Below are positions 13,900-25,744 of a stretch of 64,000 bases of DNA, piece by piece. The DNA is taken from assembly GCA_964016885.1 (NCBI GenBank), contig OZ024740.1, positions 147,684,001 to 147,748,000 of the forward strand, in the 5' to 3' direction. Position 1 is the first letter of the stretch. Every line of letters starts with the position of its first letter. The translations under genes were made by a program, and so were the position numbers. Origin of the DNA: Eledone cirrhosa. Taxonomy: Eukaryota. The notes under the pieces were generated by a model. The model did no database searches. It was not told where the DNA came from and worked only from the letters and a program-made list of their open reading frames with translations.

Positions 13900-16300
13900 A
13901 ACTGTCAAAGAATGCAATCTCCTCGCTTTCATTTTTCTATTGCCTGAGAATTTGTTTTATTGCTTTTAGAATCTGTTGATGCTCACACATAGTCCATTGT
14001 TTTGAAATCATCCTTTTCGGTGAATTAGAGCTTTCAGCTTGTAAGTATGCATAGCCTTCAACAGCAGGTTGCTTTTGGACCTCCTTCGTTTTCAACAATG
14101 TGCGTTCCAATCGTGAGATTAACATGGGAATGACTGAATATTCCTCAGGTCCATGCATTTTTATGCAGACCTCGGTGACACAATATGTGACAACTTTGTG
14201 GAGAATATAATTCTTTGATTGCTACATCTTTTTTTATGCTGGTATTTCAATATTGAATCGCATTCCAAACGGAGTAAAATTATGCTCTCGTACAATCTTA
14301 TTATCGATATTTTCTTTCTTATTTAAACTTCTAAGAATCCAGTCAAATTTTTTCTGGTTTTATTTTCAATTCTTTGAATGCCTAGTTTGAAGAATGGGCT
14401 TCTTACTATTAATGTGTCTAAATCTTTCATTTTTAGGTTTTTGTTGGTGATTTTACGGGATGTCTTATATGACGGAATTGTTTTTATTAAATTTCATATT
14501 ATTTTCTTCTGTCCATTCGAACAGTTTGCTGAAAACATTTTGCTGAATATTTTCGGCATTTCTTGGATTTAAAATATTATTTTCCACATTTTTTTGGAGA
14601 CTGCGAAAGGCTTGTTTTTCACACGGTGATGTCGTTTCAAATATCCTTTATGGGGAGTAAAAATAGTAATGGTGCTGTAACTGCTCTTTCGTGTACTGAG
14701 TTTTTTCTCTTATTCATTTGAGAAGGTTCCATATACTATTATTCTGGATATATGTTTGGTATTATTTAACTTCCTATCTTTCTAGGTATTGAACTCATAT
14801 TTGTCGAAGGCTATGAAGAAGTCTTTATATGTAACAATATTCGTCTCCATGTTCGACAATATTGTCATAGTGATCTAATATTTGGGATAGGCATGACCTA
14901 CTATTTTTGAGACCTTAGTTATCTTAGAATTTCTATTTCAAATTTAATGATTCACATATTGATTTTTTGATCCCTCTTTCACAACCTTTGGGATAATATT
15001 ACAAGAAATATAGGTTGATAATTTTCTGCAAGAGTTTTTTGGTTGCTTTTGAAGATTTTGGTAATGTTCACCATGAAGAGTCCTATTATTTTTTCCCCTG
15101 TATCTAGTGAGTTTGGAAACATGGTTCTTTCAATTTATATTGAGTATTTATTTTCAGAATTTCTATTGGTCAAACATCAGCACCTGAATCTGTCTATATG
15201 TGATCGTATTCTTCATTATGTTCGTCTTTCTGGTGATGTTTTATTCTGTCGAATAATTACTCAGTCACTATGAAAAGTTCATAGGCTGACTATTAAGGAG
15301 TGATACTAGAGCTGTGAAATCTTGTATGCATTAATTTTAACTCTTCTTGTTAATAACTGCATTGTTTCTTTCCAGGTACTATGTTGAAAAATAAACCTCA
15401 TTTAGTCATTTCATTAGAGTATTGTGGTCAGTCTATGAACTTTTCAGCCGAGTCTCGTATATACAAACAGAATTAGAGCATGGCTTCTAATGCTCATATT
15501 TCGCAGATTGAATTTGACCATTGGCATACCGTTTTGAACGAGTAATCCTTTTTGGCTTAAATACTTATTCCGCCAGATTTTCATGGGAAAGGATGCGGTA
15601 TTGTCTGCTCCGCTCACTTAGTATTCTTTTACATTTGTATCCGTAACAGAGGTACGTTAATTGCGGTTTGATTCCGTGAATAAACGGTTGATAATATGGT
15701 TGGTCATTTTTCAAAGAGCTCCTCAACATTTTAACTGTTTTTGGTCTATTCCTCAAATGTTTGCGCATACTAATGAGCTTGTCTTCTTACTTATTAATTT
15801 TGGCTTTGTAGCTGCATTTTTTTGTTCTTGCTGAGTTATGTGATGATGGTTTTATGACTGCATTTGTTATCACATTTTGTGCAATCTGAGAAAAGTCTGC
15901 TTGATTCAACAACTGATAAGAATTCATTTATAGTCTCTGTAAATATTCTTTACATTATTTCTTCTTTTGCTTCTCCACAGGAGATTTTATTAGTGAACGT
16001 TTCTTATTTCTACACGAAAAATCTTTTCCTTTATACTCTGCATCTGTAAATCCAGGTTTTCACTTTTGTGCTGATCTTTGTGATTTTGACACTCGTTCAA
16101 ATTTTCGAATTTATTATGAGTAAATTTACTTTTTCGGTTGTAGTCTGGATAATTTTAATATATATATTTTTCTTTATGATAGTTTCAGTTTTGTGAGTTT
16201 TGTTTCTTTTTCTGACATTCTTGGTTGTTATTGTTGTTGTTGTTTTTTCATGATAACATTTTCGCCACGTTCTTTTGCAGTCATAATCTTTAATTTATAC
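13900..16300 (-). mobile_element. Heavily decayed CR1-group LINE
   Basis: Minus-strand remnants NITKIFK..AENYQPIFL (about 15010-15070), VTYKDFFIAFDK (about 14800-14835), C-terminal QPAVEGY..SNS (ORF 13937-14158); boundaries approximate. Confidence 0.55.
15271..15459. mobile_element. Mariner-type MITE
   Basis: Inverted termini tgaaaagttcataggctgac (15271) and gtcagtctatgaacttttca (15427); right end ..ctcgTA. Confidence 0.7.
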
Positions 16301-16329
16301 CCTAAGACATGTTAACCCCCACCCCATTT

Positions 16330-17080
16330 CAAGTACCACAATAACTTCACACCCCAATTCTCCCATATGGTTTACCTGTAGCTGTGTAGCATGGGCTCAG
16401 ACATAAAACAAGGCTTATAACCCCTGGAGAAAGTTACTTTCTCTTTGAAACTAGGCAGCAATTACTAATCTTGGCAACTCTTGTAAGGCCACTATCAAAA
16501 CCACAAATGATGCTCCCGTACATCGCACAGTTTTCAAGCTCTCCCAAACTACAGCTGATTATTCTGGCCTCCTGTCAAAATGATCCCCACTAACTTTTTA
16601 GAAGACTCCTTTCTTCTACTCCTCATTTATGACGTTTCTGTAAGTAGCTCACCCCCGGAGAAAGCCGCCACCTTTGTTACCTCATTTACATCCTACTCCA
16701 AACTTCACAAACTAGAGAAATGTTGTCCTAAATTATCTTACACGATGCTCCATCATGCATATATCCACGCTGCACCAAAGTACCTCTTGTCACTTAAACA
16801 AGCACAGACACCAGCCATGACACTTCCTCCATCCACCACAAACTTATTCTCACCGAACGTTTAAATATCTCCCTCCCTACAGTAATATGCCTTGATCTAG
16901 AGTGTGAAAAACGCTAGAATGTATTTCATTTCCAAGAAGGTAAATCATTCTGACACTGCTAATTATCGTCTTATCGCACTCACTTCTTACATACATTTCA
17001 AACGTAATAGAGAAGCCCTTAACAACGACGCTTTCAGAAACCTTGAATCTCTCCTACTCTCGATCTCCCAATCCTCCTAA
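16330..17080 (+). mobile_element. Decayed LINE (Jockey/CR1-like) RT-proximal fragment
   Basis: SKKVNHSDTANYRLIALTS at about 16930-16987. Confidence 0.5.
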
Positions 17081-17449
17081 TGACTTGTAAGATGACTGAT
17101 GTAAAGTCAGCTCAACTGGAGAACTACTCTCTTATTTCACACACCTGTGGGCCTTTCACTTTAAAGAAATATATATGTGTGTGTGTGTGTGTGGCTATTC
17201 TGTATTATATATGTAAAAAAATTATATCGCTCTACATGGCTGAATACAATAAATGTAATCTGAGTTTTTCGAATATTAATAATAATATTCGATTCGTTTG
17301 CAATTATGCAAACAGCCTCATTTTAAAAGCCATGTCAGTAGAATGAGCCCCTCATTCTTGCTCTTGTGTTGGCATGTAAACACAACTGCAGACACAAATG
17401 TTTCTGGGTATTACCCTTCATGTATTAATTATAATAATAATAATAATAA

Positions 17450-18213
17450 ACAATTTAACTTAAACACTAAACCAAACAAAAAAACTAGAACTAGAAATAT
17501 TATTTGGTACCCCCCCCCCCCCACCACTACCATTCTCATTTAGCGTTAAAACGCCTTTAGCAAAGCTATTCTTTAAAGCACTAGATAAATGTTTTCCTAA
17601 AGTCCACAGATACCACTCTATTTTTAACAGACATACTATAAAACTATCCTACTCTACTACTATGAATATAGCACAAAATATAAATAGAATTAATAATAGA
17701 AACTTAAATTTAAACCCTAACCAAAATAACCAAAATAGCAATAATAATATTTCTAGCAATATTCAGTATAATAGTACCGTTCCGAACAACAACAACTCCA
17801 TAAAATGTAACTGTAGAATCAAATCAAACTGCCCTTTACAAAATAATTGATTAGATAAAAACGTAGTTTATAGATGCGCAGTTAAAACTAGAGATAAAAT
17901 ATTTAACTATGTTGGTGCCACTTCTACAAAATTTAAAGAACGCTGGAATAACCAAAATCATACATTTAAGAGATCTGATAAAAAATCTTCTACTTCACTT
18001 TCACATCTTATATGGAACTTAAAAGGTAATAATATAGACTATTCAATATATTGGAAAACGATTTAAAAAGCACCTGCTTACCGAAATATGGCTTTATCAA
18101 GATTCTGTAAATTGTGTATCGAAGAAATTTTTTCTATCAATCTCAGAACAGAGTTATTTTCTTTTTGCAGACATCGCCAACATTCCACGTTCAGAACTAT
18201 GTTTAATTTATAA
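17450..18213 (+). pseudogene. PLE-2 GIY-YIG endonuclease fragment (relative of PLE-1)
   Basis: RTRNIIWYPPP, LAKLFFKALDKCFP, CNCRIKSNCPLQNN*, VVYRC..YVGATSTKFKERWNN, CKLCIEE, CRH. Confidence 0.88.
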
Positions 18214-18337
18214 TATTCCTATAAACCTTCAAAATGATCCTATCCTCTTTAATAATTAAAATTTTTTTATATTTTAATATTTCAAAATGTGAATATCTCT
18301 AATATTTGTAATACTTTTACCTTTCAGCAAAAATTTA

Positions 18338-18374
<37 letters not shown>

Positions 18375-18378
<4 letters not shown>

Positions 18379-19316
18379 AAATACTGCAGGTAGCACATGG
18401 TAACATGTAATAAAATAAGTCCCTCATCAGTGATTTGCCGAAGATCATAGATATTTCATTGCATTAAAAATCATATATCTCACTTCGGTGCAATAATAAC
18501 CAAAATAAGTTATTAGGACAATTAAAACGCGTAAAGCGAGTGAGACAGGAGAACAACAGAAAATATAGCATACCTTAGGGGAGAAACAAGCTTCAAAAAT
18601 TATTCGTTTAGCATAAGCTAGGTGAATATATGAGAGCTTAGAGAATAGTACCAACACGAACGAAAGCTATTGAGCAGAGAGAGAAAAAATAGCGTTCGTG
18701 AGTGCAGGATGAAATGAAGAGAAGAGGGAGAAAAACAGTGAGTGAGTGAAAGTGTGAGGAAGAGTTAACGGACAAGACAGAGGGGGAGAAACAGAGAGAA
18801 TGGGGGAACAGTAAGAGAGAGAGAAAAAACACAGAATCGCAGTGGTAAATATATGTATTAAAATATAGAGAAAAATACTGCAGGTAGCACATGGTAACAT
18901 GTAATAAAATAAGTCCCTCATCAGTGATTTGCCGAAGATCATAGATATTTCATTGCATTAAAAATCATATATCTCACTTCGGTGCAATAATAACCAAAAT
19001 AAGTTATTAGGACAATTAAAACGCGTAAAGCGAGTGAGACAGGAGAACAACAGAAAATATAGCATACCTTAGGGGAGAAACAAGCTTCAAAAATTATTCG
19101 TTTAGCATAAGCTAGGTGAATATATGAGAGCTTAGAGAATAGTACCAACACGAACGAAAGCTATTGAGCAGAGAGAGAAAAAATAGCGTTCGTGAGTGCA
19201 GGATGAAATGAAGAGAAGAGGGAGAAAAACAGTGAGTGAGTGAAAGTGTGAGGAAGAGTTAACGGACAAGACAGAGGGGGAGAAACAGAGAGAATGGGGG
19301 AACAGTAAGAGAGAGA
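18375..19316 (-). repeat. 494-bp unit in about 1.9 tandem copies, inserted in (TA)n
   Basis: 18375-18822 repeats at 18869-19316 with essentially identical sequence; strand inferred from the pyrimidine-rich tract. Confidence 0.85.
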
Positions 19317-19329
19317 ATATATATATATA

Positions 19330-20385
19330 TATTTTTTTTTTAATTTTTAATTTTTAATTTTTAATTTTTAATTCTTACATTATTTTTCTAATGACACCTT
19401 CTAAAGATATATTTTTAGATGTAGATTGATAATCATTAACTGACATTAGAAATATTTATCCTCTTCGCGATAGTTTCTTAGATAAGCACATTACGTATCT
19501 CCTCTCTTTTTTGATTTTCAAACATTCACACATCTTTCGACTAAAATAATTAATCTCACACTAAATAATATACAATTTCCTAAATCACTCTTCAAATTTA
19601 TCGATTAACAAACAAAATTGGAGTTATCTTACCTTTCTCAATCGTGTAAACATATTATATACGTAACTTTGCTAAATTAACAATATTATGAAAACATTTT
19701 CAATGTTGAACAAAATATTCAAATCTATAAATTGTTCTCCTCTCACAACTTGAACTACCTAAAACAAAATCAACGTCCCTCGTAACTCATTAGAAATATA
19801 AACAACTAATAATTGTAAATTATCTACATATCTTTAATACTAATACATATGCAATTATTAATATATACAGATATTTATACATATAACCTACTACAATATT
19901 GTAATAAGATAAATACTTACAAACATAATTCTCCATATAAGTATATACATAATATAGGTAAATATTCAAATTTTTTCCCCAAATTAACGTAAATACAAGG
20001 TCTTCTTTTCTTCTTTTTTCTTTCTTTCTTTTTTCTATCTTTCCTACTCATACAAACATATATCTAAATTCTCCATAGCGTCTAAAATAACGTTTCAAAC
20101 CTATACCTCAACTTCATTTACATATTCATTTGCATACTTATCTTAACAATTTTGAAATATCTGTCTTTAACTCCACTATCCAAGGAAAACTTCAACCGTT
20201 AAGATATGTTCCTTGGCTATGTCAAAATTTATAAAACACACTTTGTATTTTATCTGATGAAAGCGTACCAAAGTTTTTGGTACCCTTGAAATATATATAA
20301 TAGAATAAATATGGTTTTATAAATATAGTTTCCATTTATTTAATATCATTGAATATTATACTCCAGAAAACTTGTCGAGTGCTCT
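19330..20385 (+). mobile_element. 3' pseudo-LTR of PLE-2
   Basis: 20127-20305 is similar to the reverse complement of 1-190; contains a hammerhead and the downstream bulged hairpin. Confidence 0.75.
20246..20307 (+). ncRNA. Type I hammerhead ribozyme
   Basis: tattttat-CTGATGA-aagcgtacca aagtttt tggtaccctt-GAAA-tatata-TA-atagaata. Confidence 0.88.
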
Positions 20386-20642
20386 GAATAAGTTTTTCTC
20401 TAGGATATTAAACATTTTTTTAGGTATATTATCCTTAATTTGTAAATTAAATGGAGCATTATACCAAGTAACTCGTCTATTACGGTTTCTATGTTGTTTA
20501 TTGTTTTTATAGGATGCATCCTGATGTTTACTAGGAGGATTAATGTTAATGACCTCACCACGCACATTTTTAGTTAGATTTATTGATTTAGGTGTTTTAG
20601 CTTGTTTATTAGGAGTTTTATTATTAACATTTATTAGAGTTG

Positions 20643-21333
20643 TATAAAAACAATAAACAACATAGAAACCGTAATAGACGAGTTACTTGGTATAATGCTC
20701 CATTTAATTTACAAATTAAGGATAATATACCTAAAAAAAATGTTTAATATCCTAGAGAAAAACTTCCCACCAAACCACAAATACCATCAAATCTTAAATA
20801 GATCAACAGTTAAATTCTCATACTCAACAACCAAAAACATAAAACAAAATATAAGTGCCTATAATGCATATAAATGTAAAAGAACCATAAGTATACCACC
20901 AATACATCAAACTAACCATAATATCTCCTCAAATACAGAATTAACGAAAGGTTGTAACTGTAGAAACAAGGCAAACTGCCCATTAAAAGGAAATTGTCTT
21001 GTTAACAACATAGTTTATAAATGTAAAGTTAAAACTAAGGATTCTATTTGCTCATATATAGGAGCTACTTCTAACAATTTTAAGGTAAGGTTTAATACCC
21101 ACAAACATAGTTTTAAAAATGCCGCACTGGCTAATACAACATCTCTAGCAGAAAAAATTAATAGTTATAGAAATAAGAATATAGAATATGATATGACCTG
21201 GAGTGTGCTCAAAAGAGCCACCCCTTATCAAAAGAATAGAAATGAATGTAGATTGTGTTCCCAAGAACTATTTGAAATAATGAAATCTAAGGATATCCTA
21301 TTAAATAAGCGACAGGAATTTATTATATCATAA
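20643..21333 (+). pseudogene. PLE-3 GIY-YIG endonuclease
   Basis: NRRVTWYNAPF, CNCRNKANCPLKGNC, IVYKC..YIGATSNNFKVRFNTH, CRLCSQE, LLNKRQE. Confidence 0.9.
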
Positions 21334-22255
21334 ACTGAGAAAAACATTTAAATATTATAAACCTAATTAATAATATATATTTTAGAAATTAATATATAAT
21401 TTAATTTTAATGTAGTTAACCTATAATTTTAATTTAATTAAAATTCTACTACAGATGAAATTAAAAAATATCGTATAATCATAAACTGTGAAAAACATTT
21501 AAATATTATTAACATAATTAATATATACTTTGGAAATTAATATATAGATTAATTTTAGTTTATTTAACCTATTATTAAAATTCTTTTACAGATGAAATAC
21601 AACAAAATATCGTGTAATTAATAACGGAGAAATACTTTTTAATATTATAAACCTAATTAATATACAATTTAGAAATTAATATATAAATTAATTTTAATTT
21701 AGTTAACCTATAATTTTAATTTAGTTAGCTTATAATTAAAATTCTAATACAGATGGATTGCAGAATATCGTGTAATCATAAACTGAGAAAAACTTTTAAA
21801 TATATACCTAATTAATATACACTTTACAAATTAATATATAGATTAATTTTAATTTAGTTAACCTATAATTAAAATTCTACTATAGATAAAATACAAAATT
21901 TTGCTTTAATTATTATAAACCTAATTAACATATACTATAGAAATTAATATATAATTTTTAATTTAGTTAACCTATAATTAATATTCTACTACCGATGAAA
22001 TACTTAATTTGGCTTTCCCTATTACAAAATTCATTTCCTAAAATTGATACCATCATGTTAATATATGTAATTATTTTTAATTTAGTTATGCTATAATTAA
22101 TACTCTACTACTGTTTAACTTCAAAATTCCGCTTTAAATATTATAAACCTAAGTAGTATACACCTTAGAAATTAATATATTAACTATTTTTATTTTAGTT
22201 AACCTATAATTAATATTCTACTTATATTAAAATACATAATTTAGCCTTCTTTCTT
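21330..22255 (+). repeat. Degenerate AT-rich minisatellite with a unit of about 120-150 bp
   Basis: Recurring aaacctaattaa..tagaaattaatata..agttaacctataatt..attctactacagatgaaa. Confidence 0.8.
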
Positions 22256-22862
22256 ACAAATACCATTTCCTAAAACTGATACAACTATGTAAACACATAT
22301 AATGATTTAACTGCAGATTAATATTCTGTTCCTTGAAACCTATATATCTACTATTTCCCACTAATAATTTTAATCCCCCCCCCCCAATAATTATTTGTAT
22401 TTGTAAGCGTGGATGTATGGATGTGTATGTAAGTGTGTATGTATGTTTGTGTGTTTGTATGTGTGTATAAAAATACATATGTGCGCATGTATATGTGTGT
22501 GTACTATGTAAACACATATAATGATTTAACTGCAGATTAATATTCTATGTTCCTTGAAACCTATATATTTACTATTTCCCACTAATAATTGTAATCCCCC
22601 TTCCCCCCCCTCCATAATTATTTGTATTTGTAAGCGTGGATGTATGTATGTGTATGTAAGTGTGTATGTATGTTTGTGTGTTTGTATGTGAGTATAAAAA
22701 TACATATGTGCGCATGTAAATGTATGTGTATGAGTGTATATATATATATATATATGTGTGTATATATATGTGTATGTATGTATGTGTATGTATATGTATT
22801 TGTAGAGATGTGTGTATGTATGTGTATATATGTGCATATGTGTTTGACTGTGTGTATTTTTT

Positions 22863-22893
<31 letters not shown>

Positions 22894-22958
22894 ATGTCTC
22901 TATATATATGTATGTCTGAGCGTGTGTGTGTGTGTGGTTGTGTATATATACATGGGTA

Positions 22959-23038
<80 letters not shown>

Positions 23039-23902
23039 GGTGTGTATGTATATATATATATATCGGTGTGTATTTATATGTATGGGTATATGTTTTACTT
23101 ATTATTATGTGTATGCATACAAACAGGTCAATATGCGTGAGGTTAAGTATGTGTATGTGTGTGTGTGTACGTATGTATGTATCGAGCGTATGGATGTGTA
23201 AATGTGCGTATGTATATAAGCATGTATATTTTATGTCTCTCTTTTATGTATTTTTATGTTTTTTTTTGTTTTTTTTTTGTGAGACATTCGCGTCTGTGTA
23301 TGTACATACCCCCCCCCCCCCCTATTTTTTTGTTCCCCCCTTTTTTTGAGTTTTTTCCTTCTATAAAAAATTTTTTTTATTTCTAATTTTATGGATACAT
23401 TTTTATAAGTATGTCGAGATTGACACTTTCCTTTAATTACTTACTCCCTTACCTCCTTTACTTCTGTATCTAAATGTAAGTGTGTGTGGGCGTGTTTATG
23501 TGAACGCCTCAATATCCATATATTTATAATAATAATATATATATGTATGTGTGTGTGTGTGTATGTGTATATATATGGGTATATGTATATATATGTATAT
23601 ATGTATATATGTATGTGTATGCATGTATGTATATGTATATATATATGTATATATTCTGTCTGTAGATTGTGGACATACAGATACATTAGCCCTAAATTTT
23701 TATATTTACATACACTTTTTTCAACATACGTATACATATGAACATACACTTTTGTGCACATCTGTGAACGGATTTACATACATATATATACACACCTAAC
23801 TGTATTTTCTTGATGAATTTTTATGTATTTCATTGGTCTATTTAAAATCTGTTCCCAAACAGACCTGTAATTTTGAATTGTTGTTATTATCAATAAATAT
23901 GC

Positions 23903-24045
23903 TTCATTATTTCTGAAGACAGCATATATATGTGAAGGTATGTATATTCTCTTTGATAGTTTGTATAATTTTGTACATAGATCTTTTGAATATGCATACC
24001 AATTCTAACACATATATGTCCTAGAAACGATCGTAAAATAATGAA
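23903..24045 (+). ncRNA. Type I hammerhead with a 104-nt helix II
   Basis: ttcattattt-CTGAAGA-[104 nt]-GAAA-cgatcg-TA-aaataatgaa; perfect 10-bp helix I. Confidence 0.85.
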
Positions 24046-24237
24046 CTTTTTTTGTTTAATATAAGGAACTGTTTCTTTGTTTATTCATTATTTTTTAATA
24101 ATTTATCTTGACTCTGTATTCCGTTTATCTTTCACCGAAAGTGATTTTTGAATGCATCTCTTCTTTTCATGATATCCGGATTACATTGAGTTCTTCATAC
24201 GGATTGGACACTACCGTAAACTTTTGGTAGATTTATC

Positions 24238-24310
<73 letters not shown>

Positions 24311-24599
24311 AATATATATACATATATATATATATATGCATACATATATATATATACACACATATATATATATACACACACACACACACATATATATACA
24401 CATACATACATATACACACACATCCACATACATACACATACAAAAAAAACAAACAATAAATTAGATAGATGAAACTCAAAGGTACATAACCACATACGTA
24501 TACATACGCGCGTGCACATACGGACGCAATAAAAATCAACACACGCATACATATAAACATACACGTAAATCCATACACACATACACATATATACAAAAG

Positions 24600-24686
<87 letters not shown>

Positions 24687-24892
24687 GTTTGTATTTGTAA
24701 AGCCAAAACAATGCAGGTATGGATATAGAATATAAATGCAAATGCAAAAGATATTGTTGACAATTCAATTTTTATATATATATTTTTTATAATTTTTTTC
24801 CCTCATTTCCTTTTTGCCCCTTTTTTTCAGCCTCCTTTGATATTTCCTAAATTTTGTTTTCAAATCCATATTTAATAAAAACACCATGTTAT

Positions 24893-24960
24893 TTATTCAT
24901 TCTGACGACTGAAGACAGACACAACATCTGCCTTCAAAAAACCACTGGTAAATGAAATAA
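24893..24960 (+). ncRNA. Degenerate type I hammerhead (G12 changed to A)
   Basis: ttattcatt-CTGACGA-ctgaagacaga..tctgccttcaa-AAAA-ccactgg-TA-aatgaaataa. Confidence 0.7.
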
Positions 24961-25049
24961 TTATCTTATGTTGTTTATTACATAACTAATAAGCTCTGTA
25001 ACCTACATAGAGCATTCTTTTTTCCTGTACCTTTCCGACGGAAATACTT

Positions 25050-25109
<60 letters not shown>

Positions 25110-25111
<2 letters not shown>

Positions 25112-25480
25112 ATAACAAGATATCGTTTAAGGTAATCCAGGTTATGAGTACTCTGTATCGAGGATAGTTTTGACGTTCGGCGTTGTTTGACTCAACAAGA
25201 AGTTTCCTTGGTGGGGTGGCCGATTTAAGAAGGTTCCTGGGTAGGCGGTTCTTGGAGTAATAATAGCAAAAGAATGAAGAATGACATGGCCGGCTGTACA
25301 AAAGGGTTTATTTACACTATTAACAATTGTTCCATTAGTCCGGTGTGTCTGTCATTAAAGTCGAGTGACGTGACTTCTAACGATTAGCGACTCTTAGATA
25401 CACCACTAATGGAACAATTATTAATACTTTAAATAAAGCCTATTGTACAGCCGACCATATTATTCCTCATTCTTTTACAA
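25110..25480 (-). mobile_element. pLTR-like unit with an approximately 70-bp-arm fold-back (25268-25476), inserted in (TA)n
   Basis: Diverged inverted repeat; bulged hairpin at 25190-25259 on the minus strand. Confidence 0.6.
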
Positions 25481-25622
25481 TATATATATATATATATATT
25501 GTTATACTTTGGGAGGGTCATGTTGCCAATAAGAAACACACGCACCAGTTGCTTTCACTTCAATTTATTATAAATTTCCGGTTGGTTGGTTGGTTCCACA
25601 ACCGGATGGTTGTTCATATATT

Positions 25623-25665
25623 GTCAAAGTTCTTTCGTCACACATTATGTGACCTCATCAGTGAC
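25623..25665 (-). ncRNA. Minimal type I hammerhead
   Basis: Minus strand: gtca-CTGATGA-g gtcaca taatg tgtgac-GAAA-gaac-TT-tgac; AATAAA downstream. Confidence 0.7.
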
Positions 25666-25744
25666 TGGGGATTCTTTTCTTTGTTTTGTGCCTCTCCTTT
25701 GTTCTGTCCTACGCCATCTTGTTTGTGTGTGTGTGTTTTTGTGT

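Larger units (their letters stand above)
20383..24240 (+). mobile_element. PLE-3: inverted 5' ORF piece (20383-20642), GIY-YIG 3' ORF and a long repeat-rich 3' region ending at (TA)n
   Basis: 20385-20510 is the reverse complement of 20643-20765; hammerhead at 23903. Whether the 3' region belongs to the same element is inferred. Confidence 0.7.

Noticed and set aside
17848-17850. TGA at a conserved Cys of the PLE zinc motif, suggesting selenocysteine as in some Naiad PLEs
   Set aside because: A single base change in a copy that also has a TAA and a frameshift; PLE-1, -3 and -4 have Cys here; no SECIS recognised.
21330-22255. CRISPR-like array
   Set aside because: Whole units are degenerate tandem copies with no unique spacers and no cas genes; the context is eukaryotic.
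25340-25405. Pseudoknot or novel ribozyme in the loop of the 25268-25476 hairpin
   Set aside because: The short pairings are explained equally well by fold-back of a decayed hammerhead helix II; no catalytic consensus.
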